IMG/VR virus record: IMGVR_UViG_3300005527_003200
Length of the DNA: 45,033 nt
Reading direction: 5' to 3' (one strand)
Source of the DNA: a virus
Taxonomy: Duplodnaviria > Heunggongvirae > Uroviricota > Caudoviricetes
Shown: in pieces, positions 44,002 through 45,033 of the stretch
Layout of the letters: every line of letters starts with the position of its first letter
How positions within the stretch are numbered: the stretch's first letter is position 1
Program-made: the position numbers and the translations under genes
Notes under the pieces: model-generated
Databases searched by the model: none
Told to the model about the DNA's origin: nothing
Seen by the model: the letters and a program-made list of their open reading frames with translations, nothing else

Positions 44002-44030
44002 ATTATACATTGTGCGTCTCACAATGTCAA
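44002..44030 (-). promoter_or_regulatory. Consensus sigma70 promoter with a palindromic spacer
   Basis: TTGACA(44030-44025)-N17-TATAAT(44007-44002); acattgtg/cacaatgt 8-bp inverted repeat at 44007-44027. Confidence 0.85.
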
Positions 44031-44057
44031 GAAAAACTTGGAGTTTTGGCACTCCAC

Positions 44058-44303
44058 CTAGATGTAGATGTGGCGCCGGTTCCAAGTGTCCCATACTGTC
44101 ACTGCGTCCCAATTGTGTGTCCACGAAATTAAAAATCTATCAAACGCTTGTTGATGATGTAGCATCATTCGATTGCCTGACACGGTGGCGTGATCAACTC
44201 TATGTTCTTTGATCCAAGCCTTGAGCTGGCTTTCTGCTTGATTGTTGTTTCGTACAATCACAATGTACAGCGGTTCGGCTGTACGAAACTGAGTTATAGA
44301 CAT
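44058..44303 (-). CDS. Phage hypothetical protein
   Basis: 81-aa ORF, TAAATG junction. Confidence 0.7.
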   Translation of the reverse strand: MSITQFRTAEPLYIVIVRNNNQAESQLKAWIKEHRVDHATVSGNRMMLHHQQAFDRFLISWTHNWDAVTVWDTWNRRHIYI

Positions 44304-44561
44304 TTAGTGGATTATGGCACCTTTGGGAATTTGCGGTGCTAGGCGTTCAACAATATTTAATTGCGCGGCAATCTCACCAAAATTTTCTTCTATTTCGATG
44401 CGCTCTGAATCATGTTTGCTGGCAGTTTCATCGTCTACACCCATGAGTCTCATAGCGGCACCCACATGCATGGTTCGTCGGCCATTAACATACAGCACTG
44501 CCATGATCTCCAACAGCATGTTCTTTGCATAATGGTAGACTTTGTCGTCTTCGTCTTGCAT
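44304..44561 (-). CDS. Phage hypothetical protein
   Basis: Likely start MQDEDD at 44561, preceded by TAATTA-N5. Confidence 0.7.
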   Translation of the reverse strand: MQDEDDKVYHYAKNMLLEIMAVLYVNGRRTMHVGAAMRLMGVDDETASKHDSERIEIEENFGEIAAQLNIVERLAPQIPKGAIIH

Positions 44562-44580
44562 AGTATTAATTAGCACAAAT

Positions 44581-44608
44581 AAAAAAAAGCGGCCCAATTC
44601 GAGCCGCT
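44581..44608 (-). terminator. Rho-independent terminator
   Basis: AGCGGCTC-GAATT-GGGCCGCT followed by a long T run. Confidence 0.85.
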
Positions 44609-44627
44609 GTTTTTGTGCTGTGTACTA

Positions 44628-44984
44628 TCAGGCTTTGGCAGCCTCAACCAATTGCTCGGCAGTAACAGACTTGGTGGCTTTGGCTTTGACACCTTTAGCA
44701 GCCACTTTGACTTCGCCTTTCTTGGCGACTTTGGCACGTTCGGCCAGCTTGTTGGCTACCACGTAGCCGGCATCACCTTCGGTGATACCCAGGGTCTGCA
44801 AGTGTTGCAGAGCTTCTATCTTGGTCATTGCACGGGGCAACTCAACCAAGTTGATCTCAGTGCATCCAGCCTTGTTTAGGATCTTGATGCGGGCTACCAG
44901 GTCGTTTGCAAAACGAGCCTTAACGGTGCCATCGGCGTTGATTGCGGTACCAGCCACGGTAAAAGTTTTTTCAGTTGCGGACAT
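44628..44984 (-). CDS. Phage protein with Lys/Ala-rich (histone-like) C-terminal tail
   Basis: Start MSATEK at 44984 (GAAAGG RBS); tail KVAKKGEVKVAAKGVKAKATK. Confidence 0.75.
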   Translation of the reverse strand: MSATEKTFTVAGTAINADGTVKARFANDLVARIKILNKAGCTEINLVELPRAMTKIEALQHLQTLGITEGDAGYVVANKLAERAKVAKKGEVKVAAKGVKAKATKSVTAEQLVEAAKA

Positions 44985-45033
44985 AATGTTGCCTTTCAAA
45001 GTTTACTTACAGAGTTTAAAAAATGTTTTGCAT

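Noticed and set aside
1-45033. Stop-codon reassignment, tRNA/rRNA genes, introns, integrase or transposase
   Set aside because: Standard code gives near-complete coding density with TAA, TGA and TAG all used as coupled stops. Intergenic gaps are under 100 nt with no cloverleaf or T-loop motif by eye, and there are no recombinase motifs.

Overview
A densely coding segment of a large T4-like tailed phage genome. It has no capsid, terminase, integrase, tRNA, rRNA or CRISPR. The host is Gram-negative (spanins, GH19 endolysin), and the ErpA and KS/ACP sequences look betaproteobacterial (inference). Nearly all genes are on the minus strand; the exceptions are phoH (12953-13723) and a three-gene tail block (29152-33877). 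Left to right: (1) clpA (runs off the edge, missed by the ORF track) and dnaJ; (2) a late block with holin, virion accessory proteins sharing an N-terminal IGxGIxIG motif, a subtilase, endolysin and separated spanins; (3) auxiliary enzymes: CysC-like kinase/HxGH nucleotidyltransferase fusion, 2OG-type oxygenase, two radical SAM proteins, PhoH, HAD, SDR; (4) clamp loader, GroES and a DnaE fragment that stops just before the catalytic aspartates; (5) about 14 kb of baseplate and tail-fibre genes rich in internal repeats; (6) host-takeover genes: ErpA, Fe/Mn SOD, IF-1, a translationally coupled ACP-desaturase-ketosynthase operon, SleB-type hydrolase, NadE, YccA/BI-1 and histone-like proteins. Two promoter classes are visible: near-consensus sigma70 promoters embedded in inverted repeats, and T4-late-like TAAATA boxes that often overlap the upstream stop codon. 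The best candidate for an undescribed system is the three-gene phage acyl-chain module (ACP + membrane desaturase + NodE/FabF-like KS). Family assignments come from motif recognition and recall; no database search was run.
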